In this document: piece after piece, positions 38,497 to 53,184 of the stretch
Layout: every line of letters starts with the position of its first letter
Position numbering within the stretch: position 1 is the stretch's first letter
Origin: the human T2T-CHM13v2.0 reference genome, Homo sapiens
DNA: 64,000 bases
Strand: one strand, 5' to 3'
Assembly: GCF_009914755.1 (NCBI RefSeq)
Contig: NC_060941.1
Translations under genes and position numbers: made by a program
Notes under the pieces: generated by a model
Database searches by the model: none
The model's input: the letters and a program-made list of their open reading frames with translations, nothing else
What the model was told of the DNA's origin: nothing

Positions 38497-39793
38497 ATCT
38501 TCATGTTTTAAGAAAGCCTTTTCTTCCATCCTACTCAGTCTGTTAGCCCCAGTGAACTAGAAATTAAAGATTTATGTTACTGATAACTATTTTTAGATAA
38601 AATTTTGAGGGCAAAGCTTTGCTGGAAATATACACAGTAATTGTGTTTACTGATCATCGCCACTCCCAAACAGCAATTCACGGTATAAAACTCAAGTAAT
38701 TAGAACAATAAGCCCAGGTTAATTAAAATACTGGGTAACATTTGGGCAAGAATAAAATCCACTTTGGAGATTTTCCAGACACACATTCATTTTGTGTGCA
38801 CTTAATTCACCCTGGGAGCTGGTGCTGACAAGGTACTACACTCTGTGCTAATCAGCACTGGTCTGCCTTTAATCACGCCCTGCACATTTCTCTTTCCTGG
38901 CTCCAGGACCAGCTTCAGAGACCTGGGTCCAGTTGCCGGGAGAACAGCGCAGCAGTTGCTTAGGCCCGATCTTGGGTACCATTCTTGTGTTATTACTAAC
39001 CATGCCACTTGCCTTAACAGTTATAGGCTGGCTAATTAAAGCAATTAATCAAGTCCTCAAGAAGTTTGCATGCTGTTTGGAGTTTCTTCTGCCTTTGCCC
39101 CTACATCTGGTGCCTGAGGCCTGCTTCCCTTGCAGTGCTGTGATTCCCATGTTTGTCAGAGTACCAGGCATGCTGTGAGCAGTTCCTCCTGCTGCAATCA
39201 AGGGTTCATGTGAGCTCTGAGGGTAGACCTTAAAGGGCAACCCTCCAAAATGCTCTCCTGCGAAACCTCTGCCTCCAGGTTGGGTGAGCATCTCCTGTGC
39301 CATTCTTCATTGCTTATACTTGCATTGTCAACATCCTAATAGATGTCTTTGAGCTCTGTATGGTCAGACTGGTGTTTTTCACTTTGTATTTTCAAAGCTC
39401 TGTCCAAGACCTTCATCTAAGGGACACCCAATGAAAATTCCTTCTCCTTTTTACAATTCCTTTCCACCCAAATGACTTTCAGCTTAGGAGAATAATAAAA
39501 AGTCGACAGATGTTTTTCAAGGCCAGGTACTGTGCTGAGTACCATGTGGAATCAGAGATAAATAAGACCTCACTCTTGTAGGCAAGAAGTTTACAATCTA
39601 GTAGGGAGATAAAACACATTCACCGATGACAGTAAGACAAGAATCCCATAAAAGAAGGTCAGAGAAGATACCACAGGCTCTCAGAGCAAGAGAAAAACAC
39701 AGCTGACTAGGAAATCCAAGAGGACTTCACGGAGGAGATGGAATTTCAGCTGGGCTTTTGATTTTTGTGAAATGGATTTGGACGTGTGGAGAT

Positions 39794-39795
<2 letters not shown>

Positions 39796-39827
<32 letters not shown>
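39796..39827. repeat. (TG)n microsatellite
   Basis: Perfect GT run. Confidence 0.95.
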
Positions 39828-39829
<2 letters not shown>

Positions 39830-40895
39830 GATATGTTTATATATGAGCTTGTAGGTGGGGCAAGGAGAAAAGATTGAGAAGCTCCTAGGGAATGAAACCT
39901 CCAGCATAAGCAAAGTCACCGTCTTTAGGAAAGAGCTGACGGTCGCATTTGGGTAGAGTCTGACATTCATTACAGAGATTAAACATCGTTAAGGCAGCAG
40001 CTGGCAGCCTCCAGCGACATTGCGGGGTGGGTGGATTTGGAATTTAGCTTCCCCTTACTGCTTTCCTCTTTCTCTTTGAGGGGGCTTGCCCTCCTCCCCT
40101 TCCTTCCCATTTCCAGACATGCTCTTTGGGTTTCCAGGGCCTTCTTGCTTTCTTCTCTCGTCTTTAACAAAGCCTATTCTTAGGAAGAGATATAATCTTC
40201 TCCATTTGCATGTGAGTTTGGGTTCCAGGCTGCCTGCTACCACTGAGCCTGTCTTACCATGGAACTGATTTCGCCTACTGCAGAGCTGTGATGAGGATTT
40301 GGTGCCAAAATAAGGTCCTAATCTGCACTCAGCTTTCTTTCACTCCTAGAAATTGATGACAGTAAGTGGGTTGCCTCCCTGCTGCCCTCCCTCGTTTGGG
40401 TGACACACCACAATTGCACAGCCAAATAGTTTTCCAGGGGAGAAGCTTTCTAAGCTCCTGCCCACTGAGCAACAGGTTTTGTTTCTCATGACTTTAATTA
40501 AGGGAGTAAATAAATATAGCAGGATGACTTGCTTTTATTTTCCTTCTTTGCTCTAGTGAGAGTTCTCACCGTGAGGAAGGTAAATCCCCTGAGATCCTGG
40601 AGGTGCCCTGTGGAGGGTCGTGTGTGTAAGGCACCCTGGGGATAAATGGTAGCTTCCCATCTCTTACAATGGTTGGGGACAGCTGCATTGAGCAGGAAAG
40701 AGGACACAAGAGGGCCCTTTTGGTTTTGAAGTTTGAGCGGGAAAAAGCTGTTCCTTTTCTGGAGAGAGCTGATGATTAGGGAAGGAAAGTGATTCCAGGT
40801 CCTCAAAGAATGGTCACCAGGAGCAAAACTGGGGCAGCCAGAAAGATGGAGAAAGTCTGTGGGAAGGACTAAAATGGCAGGCCATTAAAAACTAT

Positions 40896-41140
40896 GCTCA
40901 CGCCTGTAATCCCAGCACTTTCGGAAGCTGAGGTGAGCAGATCCCTTGAGATCAAGAGTTTGAGACCAGCCTGACCAACATGGCCAGGTGTGGTGGCACA
41001 TGCCTGTAGTCCCAGCTACTCAGGAGGCTGAGGCACGAGAATCACTTGAACCCGGGATGCGGAGCTTGCAGCGAGCCACAGTCACACCACTGCACTCCAG
41101 TCTGGGTCACAGAGCGAGACTCCGTCTCAAAAAAATAAAA
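40896..41140 (+). mobile_element. Alu, slightly 5'-truncated and lacking the central A-rich linker
   Basis: CTGACCAACATGG joins directly to CCAGGTGTGGTGGCACATG, and AAAAACTA flanks both ends. Confidence 0.88.
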
Positions 41141-41394
41141 CCCCCAAAAACTAGACTTTCATGCATCCATTGGGGTAGTTCTGGACATCTTCAGCACTGA
41201 GGGAGTGGCTCTTCCTGCTTCAAGGGTCCATAGTATCCCACATCAGGATTGGGACACGTAGCTGCCCAGGACAATCTATTGGTCTGAGAAGGACCAGCTG
41301 ATGACAACCACACCCTAGGACAGCCAGTGATGGATGGGGAAGAGTTTGTGTTTTCCCTGTGTTCATGTGGGATTCAGACCACCCTCCTTTAAAA

Positions 41395-41820
41395 AAGTTT
41401 TAATTTTTAATTTTTATGGGTACATAATAGATGCATATATGTATGGGTTACATGAGATATTTTGATACAGCCATACAATGTGTAATAATTATATTGGGGT
41501 AAATGGGGTATTCACCACCTCAAGCATTTATCCTTTCTTTGTATTATAAACAATCCAGAAGTAGCTTGGACTACAGGTGCACACCACCACACCTAGCTAA
41601 TTCTTGTATTTTTTGTAGAGATGGGGTTTCACCATGTTGCCGTAGCTAGTCTTGAACTTCTGGGCTCAAGCAATTTACCCTCCTCGGCCTCCCAAAGTGC
41701 TGGGATTAGAGGCATGAGCCACTGTGCCTGGTCTCCATTAATTATTTTTAAATGTACAGTAAATTATTGTTGACTATAGTCACTCTGTTGTACTATCAAA
41801 TACTACATCGTATTCATCCC
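41395..41820 (-). mobile_element. L1 (L1MA/PB-like) 3' end interrupted by an antisense Alu fragment (41558-41733)
   Basis: TTTTTATGGGTACATAATAG...GATATTTTGATACAG...AAATGGGGTA...TTGTTGACTATAGTCACTCTGTTGTACTATCAAATAC. Confidence 0.8.
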
Positions 41821-42818
41821 TTTCTTGGTCTAGGAAAACTCTAGGATTTGGGGGAAAAATCTTTGGGGAAGGAGCTAAGAACAACCAAGCAAACTCAGGG
41901 CCTCCAGAGGAAGTAATTCATGAGCAACCTGGGATGAATCCCTGGGATGAGTCTAATAAGGAGCTCGTGGAGCAGTAAAAAGCAGGAGTTAATAGAAGCC
42001 ACACCAGCCTCAGCAGCATCTGACACCCATACCAGCCCTGCGTGTGAGAAAATGTTTGGATAAAATCAGAAGCTGAACATCTTCCAAACAGACATTTCCT
42101 CCCTTCTAAGAGGGCTCTCTATAAAATCCTCTTGTAAATTTTGAGGTATTTTTTTAAGGAGAAGCTCTGTTACTGTCTTTTTTATTAATGTTGTTTGTTG
42201 AGGCATTCTTATTTCAGCTGGTGGGCTTAGCACAGCCTGAGTCTTTCAAGCTTTAAAGGGTTTCATTTTTATTGCGATAGCTCTTGGTGCCTCACTCTTA
42301 CGGAAGGAGTTAACAGGCTTCCCACACTATCTCAGCCCACCCTCTGGTTCTATAGACAACAAAACAGACCTAGGGAAGGTGGTGGGATTGCCCGAAGTCA
42401 GGGAGCCAGTTGGAGACAGAGCTGGTGCCAGTGCCAGGTTAGTATGGAGTTGAGGTGGACAGTATCCTGTTTGAGGGTTTTGTTGTTATTGTTGGTTGCG
42501 AACACATCATCTCGTCGGCTCATTCTGAGTTTAGAGTTGGTTGGATTCCATAAGTGATTTGCTTTCCTATGTGGAACTCTTAAGCCATGATGTGTCTGTT
42601 CTCTATTGGAGCTACAAACACCCATCTTCTCTCTCCTTGCTTTTCCTGGAAATGCAGACTTCATGACCACTCAAGTTTCTCTCCCCTGAAAATCCTATCC
42701 TGTCACCCCAGGGAGTTCATGGCTCTCTGTGCCCACTGCACTCTTATAACTGATTTTTTTGTGGGTGTCATAAAGTGCTTGCCATCCTTACTCTACCCTG
42801 AGGTCCTGTAGGCAGTAC

Positions 42819-43040
42819 CATTCGTTCTTACTGTTGTATAGTATTCTACACTACAATTTATTTATTCATTCTGCATGGAAGGTCACCTCATCACTTTTCA
42901 GTCTGTGGCTACTAGGAATAGCGCTGCTGTGAATATCCTTGTTCAAGGCTTTCGGTGAACATATGTATCCACTTCCGTTGAATATATACCTGGGAGCAGA
43001 ATGGTTATGTCACAGGGTAGCCACATGTTTCACTTTAGCA
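42819..43040 (-). repeat. Inverted duplicate of 45029-45261 (L1M-derived)
   Basis: Manual alignment gives ~12-13 substitutions and one ~11-nt indel over ~220 bp. Confidence 0.93.
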
Positions 43041-44959
43041 GGGTCGTGCTTGTATGTCTGTATCTCAGCACCTAGCACATAGCAGGCATAAAGTAACTAT
43101 TAGTTGAATAAATACGTGTGCCATTATTTCCTCGAGCCTAAGTGTAATATTTTACATTTAATAAATGGATGATTAGTTTTTGCTGCAGAGCTACAAAAAC
43201 CTTAGTCTTGCACATTCTTAGCATGTTAAAGATAGAGGGGACCATTTAAGTTCACCCATTCATTTTTACAAATGTGAAACCTGAGGCTCAGAAAGGAAAT
43301 CAACTTACCCAGGAATGCACAGCATTTTTGTGTCAGAACTAAAACAGAAACCAAGCCTCTGTAAAAATATAAAGGCCTGCTTATTGCTTCTGTGCCACAG
43401 TTTAAAATGTTTATCATTTAGTTGCATTAAAATACTTATTCCTATGTAGTACCTCTGGGCACATAAAAGATTAAAGATTATATTTCTAGCATTTATTATT
43501 ATTATTATTTTGCTTCTTCCTAGAGGGAACCATTTTGCTTCTTGCTGGAGGTAAGGATTAAAAACAGCTTTTTTTAGTCATCAGAGGAAACAGGTTGTGA
43601 TTACCCTGTATCAAATTTTTGGTAGAAATGATTCCTTCTTACATGGATCAAAGATACATACTAAACTTTCATTATGCATTTTCTTTTTGCTGAGTTTACA
43701 ACCCCTTAATGTGAAGCATGCTGCCAGCTTAACTAGAGCATTGAAAATGTGCAGCTCTCCTTCAAGCCATTGGCAGATTGCAGGCAGGCTGGTTTGGACC
43801 AGACATTTCACAGCATTAGAAGTTAAACTGTAGTGGGAACAGTGGTGGTAACATCCAGTCTCAGTCTACCTGAGACGCCATGGCTTCCCTGTCAGTTGTC
43901 TGGATCCTGGGAAGGACCACAGTGGATCCATGGCTCTGTGTTCCACCCCTAGAGAGTGACACATAACAGTGGTGGAACCGGTCCAGAATGAATGAACCCT
44001 CTTGTGCATCTGCTCTTGAACACGTGGGAGTGGAGAAGGTGGGTTTGTCTTCATTTCCATCCCCACTATCCTAGCTCTTGAACTTCAGATCTTGGGAGAT
44101 CAGAGACTGAGGCAGGCTGAAAGTGGAGCAAAGCCAGCTCTGTGTGTGGGTGAGGAATGAGTCTGAATCACCCCGGTCTGCCTTCCGAGTGACAGTAGCA
44201 AAGCCAGTTGGAAGGAAGATCCAAATATTGCCAAAATCCAGCCGAATGAGAGCCTTGTTTTCATGGCCCTGCTCTGGTGGTTTGCCAGAAGAGTCTTCCC
44301 TTGAGCAAGTGGAGGTGGTGATTTGTAATTCCCATCGGTTCATTGCAGCATGCTTCTATTAAGTGCCTGCTGTGTGCCCAATTAATCCACCGATAGGTAC
44401 AAGAGAATTAGAATTCTTGACCTCTGCCTTCAATGAACTTAACAACCAGTAGAAAGATTCATTCATTCATTCATTCATTCATCCATAATTTTCTGAAAGC
44501 CTACCTTGAGCTGTATACAGAATTAAGTACTGAAGACAGAGATGGTTCAGACCCAATACCTCCTTCCAACAATGTTACTGTCTAATAGACTGATAGGGGA
44601 GATGGGTGCCAACAAAATGAATAAGATGGACTGGGAGAGCAGGAAGAGCAGAGGGAGCAAAGAGAAGGAGCATCTCACCCAGGCTGGGCACGAGTTGGAG
44701 GAGGCTTCTCGGAGGAGGCTTCTCAGAGGAGGTAGTACTTGAATAGCATCATGAAAGATGAGCAAAGATTAGTGGGAAAATGAGCTGATGTGTGTACAGT
44801 GCTCTTTTAGGAGTCAGAGATATCTGAACAATTAGAATTTAGTACATGGTATGATAATTCAAGAGAACAAGGGACTGGAGTATTTGAGACTGTGACTATC
44901 TCTTATACTTTCTGAACATACCCACAAATAACCAGAGAATAATTTAACAAACAAGACAT

Positions 44960-45915
<956 letters not shown>

Positions 45916-46959
45916 CAAAAACCTTCTGTAATCTTGGGTTAGACTCTGGGTCAGAGGCATATTGTAAGGGCTGTAGGAATTTGGAGTATGTAAAAGATCT
46001 CGATGGTGAACTGGGTCCTCCTGTGTTAACCATCTCTCACAGAGAAAATTGGGGGCTCCTGAGAGGTTTGGTGCCCTTGTGTCATTAAATCAAGCACTGT
46101 ATTTTCCCTCAGAGAAGACCTCTTCTCATTAATTTGGCCTTTGCAGTGGATGTTACTATTTCAGAAGCAGAACAAGGTTATGGACAGAGCAAGGGTTTTT
46201 TTTCACATGGCTAAGTGTCTGTGCATTATCACTGGGCAACTTGACTCTCTGCCCCTCAATTTCCACATCAGGTGAATGAGGATAACAGTCTGGGGCTGGT
46301 GTTCTGACAGTGCTGTTCTTATGATTCACTCCTAACCCCATTTATTGCCTGCCTGCTGGACTGTAGCAGGATACAGTATATGACAGAGCCCTGCAAATAT
46401 GAGGAGGCATTGTATTCTGACCTGGGGCTGGGAGGCAAGGGATTCCCTAACCTACCTAGATCTGTGTGTACAGAATCAAGACACCAAGACTGGGTGCCTG
46501 CTGCTTCCCGAGGAAGCCTTCCACTGGGATATCATTGCTCTCATCTCAGCATTTCCTGTCATCCCTTGGCCAAGTCACTGAACCCACCTTTGTGTTCTCT
46601 TCTCCCCATTAAGAGAGGAGCCCAGGGATCAGTCGTTCTAACAGCATCTTTGACAGCACAAAGACTGTTTCTGTCTCCCAAAGAAAAAAACCATGGGAAA
46701 GGAGATATGAAGCCCATGCTAATCATTCCTACAGACTTCCAGCCTGCCTGCTGCCCTTCTCACTCCATTCACCAGGAATATCACAAGAGAACCACCCTGA
46801 AAAGAGATGTGACATAACTTGCCATTGTCCCTGACAGTCTGGGATTCCTGCCCAGTCCAGAGCCACAACAGATAGAGGAGAGGGGAGGGAAGAAGAGGGG
46901 GTGAATGCTGACTTCTTTCCGGGCTCTGTGCTTGATGCTTTCCGCCTGACATGCTTTCC

Positions 46960-47900
46960 ATCATCAGGCACGTATCTATTGAGTACCTATTAGGGTCTGA
47001 GCACTGGTGATGCCACAAGAAACAAACAAACAAACAAACAAACAAGAAAGCTAGATCTTGGCTCTGTGGAGCTCATAGTCCAGTGAGGAAAGCAGACAAT
47101 AAGCAGATATTCACACAAATAACTCAAAAAATGAACCTGTGATAACTGATAGGGAGAAGGAGAGGAAGGATGTCTCAGAGCACAACACAAGGTGACCTAA
47201 ACAGGTTTGGGATAGTAAGAGAAGGCTCTGCAGAGGAGACAACTTTAAAGATGGTACCTACAGGCTGAACAGAAGCTGTTGGATGGAGAATATCAGGGAA
47301 ACATTCTAGGAAGAGAGGATGGCTTGCATGGAGATCTTGAGGCAGAAAGGACAATGGTGTTCAGAGGAACTAAAAGAAGGCCTGACTGGCTGAAGGGTGG
47401 TGCATGGGGAATGGAGAATGCCCTGAGAGCAAGACAGGAATGCAGTCAACATCAAGATCACAGAAGGCCTTGGGGGTGCGAAGACTTAGAAAGTGATTTT
47501 AGGAGTGATGGGTGGCGATTTAACTAGGATAATGGTACCCTTATACTTGTGGTTTTAAAAAGGTTACTCTGACCTCTCAATGGAGGACAGAGCAGCAAGT
47601 GGGTATGAGAAAGATTGGTAGAAGATCATGGCTATAATCCAAGCAAAGGATGTGGTGGAGTGGATTGAAGGAGGGGCAGTGGTGATGGGAAACAGTGGAG
47701 AGATTTGAACTATATTTTGGTGTTAGAATGTATAGGATTTGAGGATGGAAGGAATGGATGATTATGACTGCTAGGTTTTGGCCAGTGCAGTTGGGGGGCT
47801 GGTAACATCACTACTGAGATCATCCATTTCTGAGATGGGGAAAACAAGGAAAAGCTGATAGGTAGAGAATATTATAAATTCTGTTTTATCCTACTTAATT
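46960..47900 (-). mobile_element. L2 LINE remnant, with (AAAC)n at ~47018-47045
   Basis: TATTGAGTACCTA...GGAGCTCATAGTCCAGTGAGG...CATTCTAGGAAGAG...TTTTAAAAAGGTTACTCTG, typical of antisense L2. Confidence 0.65.
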
Positions 47901-49616
47901 CTCAGGAGAGCCCTTCCTCTGTAGATAAGAAAATTGAGATCCAGAGAGGTTAAGAAACTTGGTCAAGGTCACAGAGCAAGTGGTCTAAATCTTGGCAGCA
48001 AGACATTTTTTGGTCATTTCAGAGATTGTATCTATTGTGCATTCCTGCAGCATGTCACCATTTACAGAATGATTTCAAATATGTCATCCCATTTTGATTT
48101 TTACCAGTAAAACCCTATGAGGTAAACAGAGTAATCACCATTATACCCATTTTATGAGCAAGGAAATCGAGGTCATTAACTTGACCAATATCAGAGATCT
48201 ATAGCTAATGTGAATAAGATTGAAACTCTGGGCTCTGTGACCACCAGTTCACGCATCTTTCCCAACTATCCCTCATTGTTATGTTTGTCAAATAGTGGAG
48301 TCAGATAAAATGCTTGACTGGCTAATGACAGGCAATTTATTTAACCTCTCTGAGCCTCAAATTCTTCACTTATGAAATGGAGAAAATAATATCTGCCTCC
48401 ATGGTTTGTCATGAGAATTCAGTGAAGAGCTGAATGTAAGGCCCTTAGTACCTGACACAAGCAAGCACTCAGTTATCTAGCAATGAAGCCACTGCTGAAT
48501 ATACACTTCTCAACCCAAACACCCCTTTTCCCTTGAGGAAAACCAGCAGCTCCCAGAGCTGGGGAGGGCCTGTAGAATTGCTGATGAACTTTTTCCCCAA
48601 AGGGCCTCCTATTTTCTTTATTCGTATTCAATTAGGACTTTTAGCACAGTTTTCTCTGTCTCACTGCCTTGTCCCCATTTCCAAAGTCAGTCCATTGCTG
48701 ACTTTTGGCAATTATTCCTGTGTAATTTCTTTTACTTTGTTCCTTTCTTCCACACCCACAACACTGCTCAGTGTAGATCCCATTCCCTTCTTCCAGACCC
48801 ATCACAATAACCTTTAAATGTTTAACTCATCTCCCAAGTGCTTGCCCAATTTGGGCATGTACAAATACTTCCCCATATTTTCTCATTTTCTATATAAGAA
48901 AGCCTAGACCTCTTAGTCAATGAGTCAGGTATCATTACAGTTACCTATCAGTTTCTCTCAAACTCACCTCCCAGTGCTATTCAACAGGGAGCCTTCTCTT
49001 CAACCAAAAAAGCCAACCCATCATCTTCCTTGTATCACCCTCAATCCCTCCACCACACTTCTGACCGTATTGTTCCTCACTCTCAGAATATCAGCCTCCT
49101 TCCTTTCCAATTATCTTCCCATTTCTTCAAGGCCCCACTCAAGTCTTGCCTTCTTTCTGAAGCCTCCCTAATTTTCCAGACTTGAAATGTCTTCCTCCAT
49201 TGATTCTCAAAGTGCTTAGTACAGTTTCCAAGGCTTGAGATTTGGGATGGCCTTTTATTCTCTGTTGCAACTAGAGTGCCCAGCACAGCATCCTATACAT
49301 TGGATAGTCATAAATATACAGTAGTTACCTGGTATATGCTTTAAGTCAATGAAAATCCAAGAAATGCATTTATATATTATTCGTTTGTTTGATTAACCAC
49401 AATGAAATGGATTTTCCACCTATCATGTACTCTGCACTGCACTGGGGATGTCAGAATGAATGTGACCAATTCCCTACCCTCAAGGAGCTAGTGTATTAGA
49501 AGACATGGTGTGTAAATGGACATATATATTCAACGTAATACATGTTGTAGAAATATAGGATGCTAAAGTCGTTCATTAGAAAAGACTCCTACTTCAGACT
49601 GAGGCAAAGCCAGGGG

Positions 49617-50057
49617 TGTCATGAGTATAATTGTGCTCCCTGGAAACATATGTTGAAGTCCTAACTTCCAGTAGCTGCGAATGTGACCTGATTTGGAAAT
49701 AGGGCCGTTGCAGACGTTATCAAGTTAAGATAAAGTCATACTGGATTAGGGTAGGCCCTAATGGCTGGTATTCTTATAAGTGGAGAGAGGCTTGGAGATA
49801 CACAGCATATAGGGAAGAAGGCCACATGACAATAGAGGCAGAGAATGAACTGGTGCAACTCCAAGCCAAAGAAGACTGAGGATGGCCAGCAACCACCAGA
49901 AGCAAAGAAAGAAGCAATTCCTTATTTCTTAGGGCTTTCAGAGGAAATATAGCCCTGCTAACATTTTGATTTTTAGATTTCTATCTCCAGAACTGTGGGA
50001 GAAGCCATTTGTTTTAAGTCACTCAGTTTGCAACATTTTGTTACTGCTAGGAAATAA
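49617..50057 (+). mobile_element. MLT1 (MaLR) solo LTR
   Basis: TATGTTGAAGTCCTAAC...GAATGTGACCTGATTTGGAAATAGGG...CCAAGCCAAAGAA...CTCCAGAACTGTGGGAGAA...TTTGTTACTGCTAGGAAA. Confidence 0.85.
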
Positions 50058-52855
50058 GTGCTGATGGTGACTGAGGAGGAGAATACTGAGTTGAGGAGAG
50101 CCCCTTGAAATGACATCCATCGTGTTACAAAAAGCACCTGGTTGTTCTGGGCACAGTGAGTTAGGAAAGTGAGAAGTCTGGGTTCAGCCAACCGGGGAGA
50201 ATGGAGGGTGCTGGCCATGGTGCTGATGGAGCCATTGAGTTGGCAAAGGTAGCTGGGCAAAGTTGAGAATCACGAGCCGGATCAAAGCTACCCAGAATTC
50301 AGAGGGAGTTGGATGATCCTCACACTTCCTCCTTCTCTCTCTAAATTCTCTCTCTTCCATTCTCCTCTTCCCTCTTCTAATCAGGATGCTGTAGATCTTG
50401 ATGCCCATCCCCCATCACCTGTAATCTATTTCTGCCTCTGGTGACCACGTTTCTGTGATAGAGACACAACCTCTTCAGGGGGTACATGCGATACTTGCTT
50501 TCTCTTTCATCCACCCTTTAAAGAACGTTAAAATTGCCTTCTCTCAGGATTTCCTCTCATCCACTCTCTTTTGCTTCCTGTCTCCCCTTTCTCATGCTGC
50601 AAGAAAAATCAGGCCAAAAAGCTAAAAAATAAAACCCTTGTCTCCATTTTATCTTTTCTTCAGCACAGTTGTTGTTTATGAAGTTTTTAAAATAGAAATT
50701 CAGCAAATCCCGTGATACTAACCAGATACTATATATACATACATGTATAAATTAAATTAGTCTCCAGGGGATACCCTGCTAAATATAGTGATTATGTGAA
50801 TCTGAATGTTTTCAAACACCTTTCTCCTCTTGCTATATTTTTCCCCTTTCCTGGATCCGGAGATGGTTCTGCTGGAAAATCTGGGTGGAACCTTGGCTGA
50901 CTGACTAAAAGCCTTCCTTATTTAAGAATACACTTCTATAAGAGGCAGGAAAAAAGCTCAGAATTCAAGGGGAAATAATGGCAGGAATGGCTAGGTGATA
51001 AGGTCAGAGACAGCATGGAGTAGTTGATAGAGTAGCTGCAGGTTCAAATCCCAGCACCATTACTTATTGATTGTGTGATGGTGGTAAAATCCTTTACCTT
51101 CTTACAGTCTCAGCATTCTCAACTGTGAAATGGGGGTATTAGGGTTCACTTTGAAGGATATTTTAGGACCAGGGATACATATATGCCTAGGAGATAGTAG
51201 GTGCTTGTAAAGTGGTAGCCATTAGTGTGATTAGACTGTGAATTCCTCCTTGGCTGGGAAGTTCATGACCTATAATTCTGTTGGGTTAATGAGGATAGCA
51301 ACCTGCAGGGGATAAGGAGGCCTGAGCTAATGGGTGGAGGACCCAGACTCTGTGTTACAGCTGCTCAGACCTCCTTTTTCACAAATGAGAAAATTCATGC
51401 CCAAATTTCAGAAGTGGCTTGGCTAAGGTCAAGGTCATCACACAGCCAAGATATCCAGTTTGCCAGTAAAAGTCCCCATAGGGTCACCAGTTATATGGTG
51501 GCATTGTGTAACTTCTTTCTGAGGAGTATTTACATTTTACATACAAACTTGGATCAAGTTCAAGCCTTGGGTCTGTCCTTGACCTCTGTCCCTTAACCTT
51601 AAACAAATCACTTATCCTCTTTCAGTTCCAGTTTTTTTTTTCCTTCGCCTTCACAAGGGGGATTGTCATTATTGCCGTGAATGTTTGTGAGGATCAGAGA
51701 CAATGAGTCTGTGGAACTATCAAGAACTATACCCAGGTAGGTCATTGGATCTGTTCTTTTCTCCCAGGAGGAGAATGTCTTCAGCAGTGAGAAGGAGGAA
51801 CCTACTTGGGGCAAGAGGGGAACGGGCTGTCCTCTCACCCGCTATGGTTTAGGCATGAATGTGCATTCCTAGATATCCTACCTGTCCCTGTAGGAAAAGG
51901 GTTGTGTTCTCATCATGGCTCTGTATCTGGCTTACTTTGTGGTCTGAGGTCACTTTCCCTCTCCTGTGTTTGTATGCATTTATTTTTAATATATGAAGGG
52001 TAGTGATGGTGGGATCAGATGATCTCTAAAGTTGTGAGCATACTCTCCTGCTGCTGAAGTCAGTGCTGCTCATTCTGAGGGAAGGGCCTTTATCTTCTTG
52101 GGATTGAGACATTTAGGCTTATTCTAGACTCCTCACCCCATCTGCTTGGTGAGTCTACTGGAAGGGGTGTCTGAAACTAGACACCTACAGTCTCCCAAGT
52201 TTCCCAGCTCATTCTGTGCTTCTCAAGTGGCTGGACTTCTGGCCTCTTGCAGGACTGCAGGGAGGCTACTGGGGACCAGCATCCCACAGAGTCAGTGACA
52301 AACCAGGATCAGAAGAATAAAGTCTGCGTGTATTGAGCCAGTCTCTGTACACAGACATTCACCACGATGAGTCCTCATGACACCTTCGGGCTCAGTCATA
52401 TTGGCTTCATTTTACAGACAAGGAAACTGGAGCCCATGCAATCACATTATTGGACCAGACCACACAGCTCCTAAATAAGAAGCTAAGCCAGCATTCAGAC
52501 CTGTCTCTACGACTCTAAGTCCATGCTCTTTCTAATACTCCTTTTTCCTATCCTTGCTGCTGGCCTCTCCTGCATTGTGCTCTTGCTGCTTCTAGTCCTC
52601 TTTCCCTGCACTGTCAGTTCTTTCTTTCTTTCTTTGTGGATGGGTTTATTCTATTTCATAAGGATTGAGTCATAAGAATAGACTTGCAAAGGACCTGTGG
52701 GGTCGACATCTTCATTTTGTCAATGAGGATCCTGGGGTCTAGAGAGAATCCTGACTGGCCTAGGGTTTGCAGGCAGTTCAGGACAGAAACAAACATTAAG
52801 ATCCAGGTATTGTGCTCGGTGTGTTTAATGGACTATCTTAGGTAATCCCTTAGAC

Positions 52856-53184
52856 CAGGGGTCCCCAACCCCTGGGCTACAGACTGATGCTTGTTATGAA
52901 CCGGGCTGCACAGGAGGAGGTGAGTGGCGGGCAAGTGAAACTTACCATCTAGCTCCACCTCCTGTTAGATCAGCAGTGGTGTTAGATTCTTCTAGGAGCA
53001 CAAACCCTATTGTGAACTGCACATTTGAGGGATCTAGGTTAAGCACTCTTTATGAGAATCTAATGCCTGATGATCTGAGGTGGAACCATTTCATCCCACA
53101 ACCACCCACCCTGCCAACCCAGTTCATGGAAAAATTCTCTTCCACAAAACTGGTCCCTGGTGCCAAAATGGTTGGGGATCGCTG
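52856..53184 (+). mobile_element. MER1B-type hAT-Charlie DNA transposon, full length
   Basis: TIRs CAGGGGTCCCCAACC and GGTTGGGGATCGCTG, with a degenerate 8-bp TSD CCTTAGAC (52848-52855) / CTTTGGAC (53185-53192). Confidence 0.88.
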
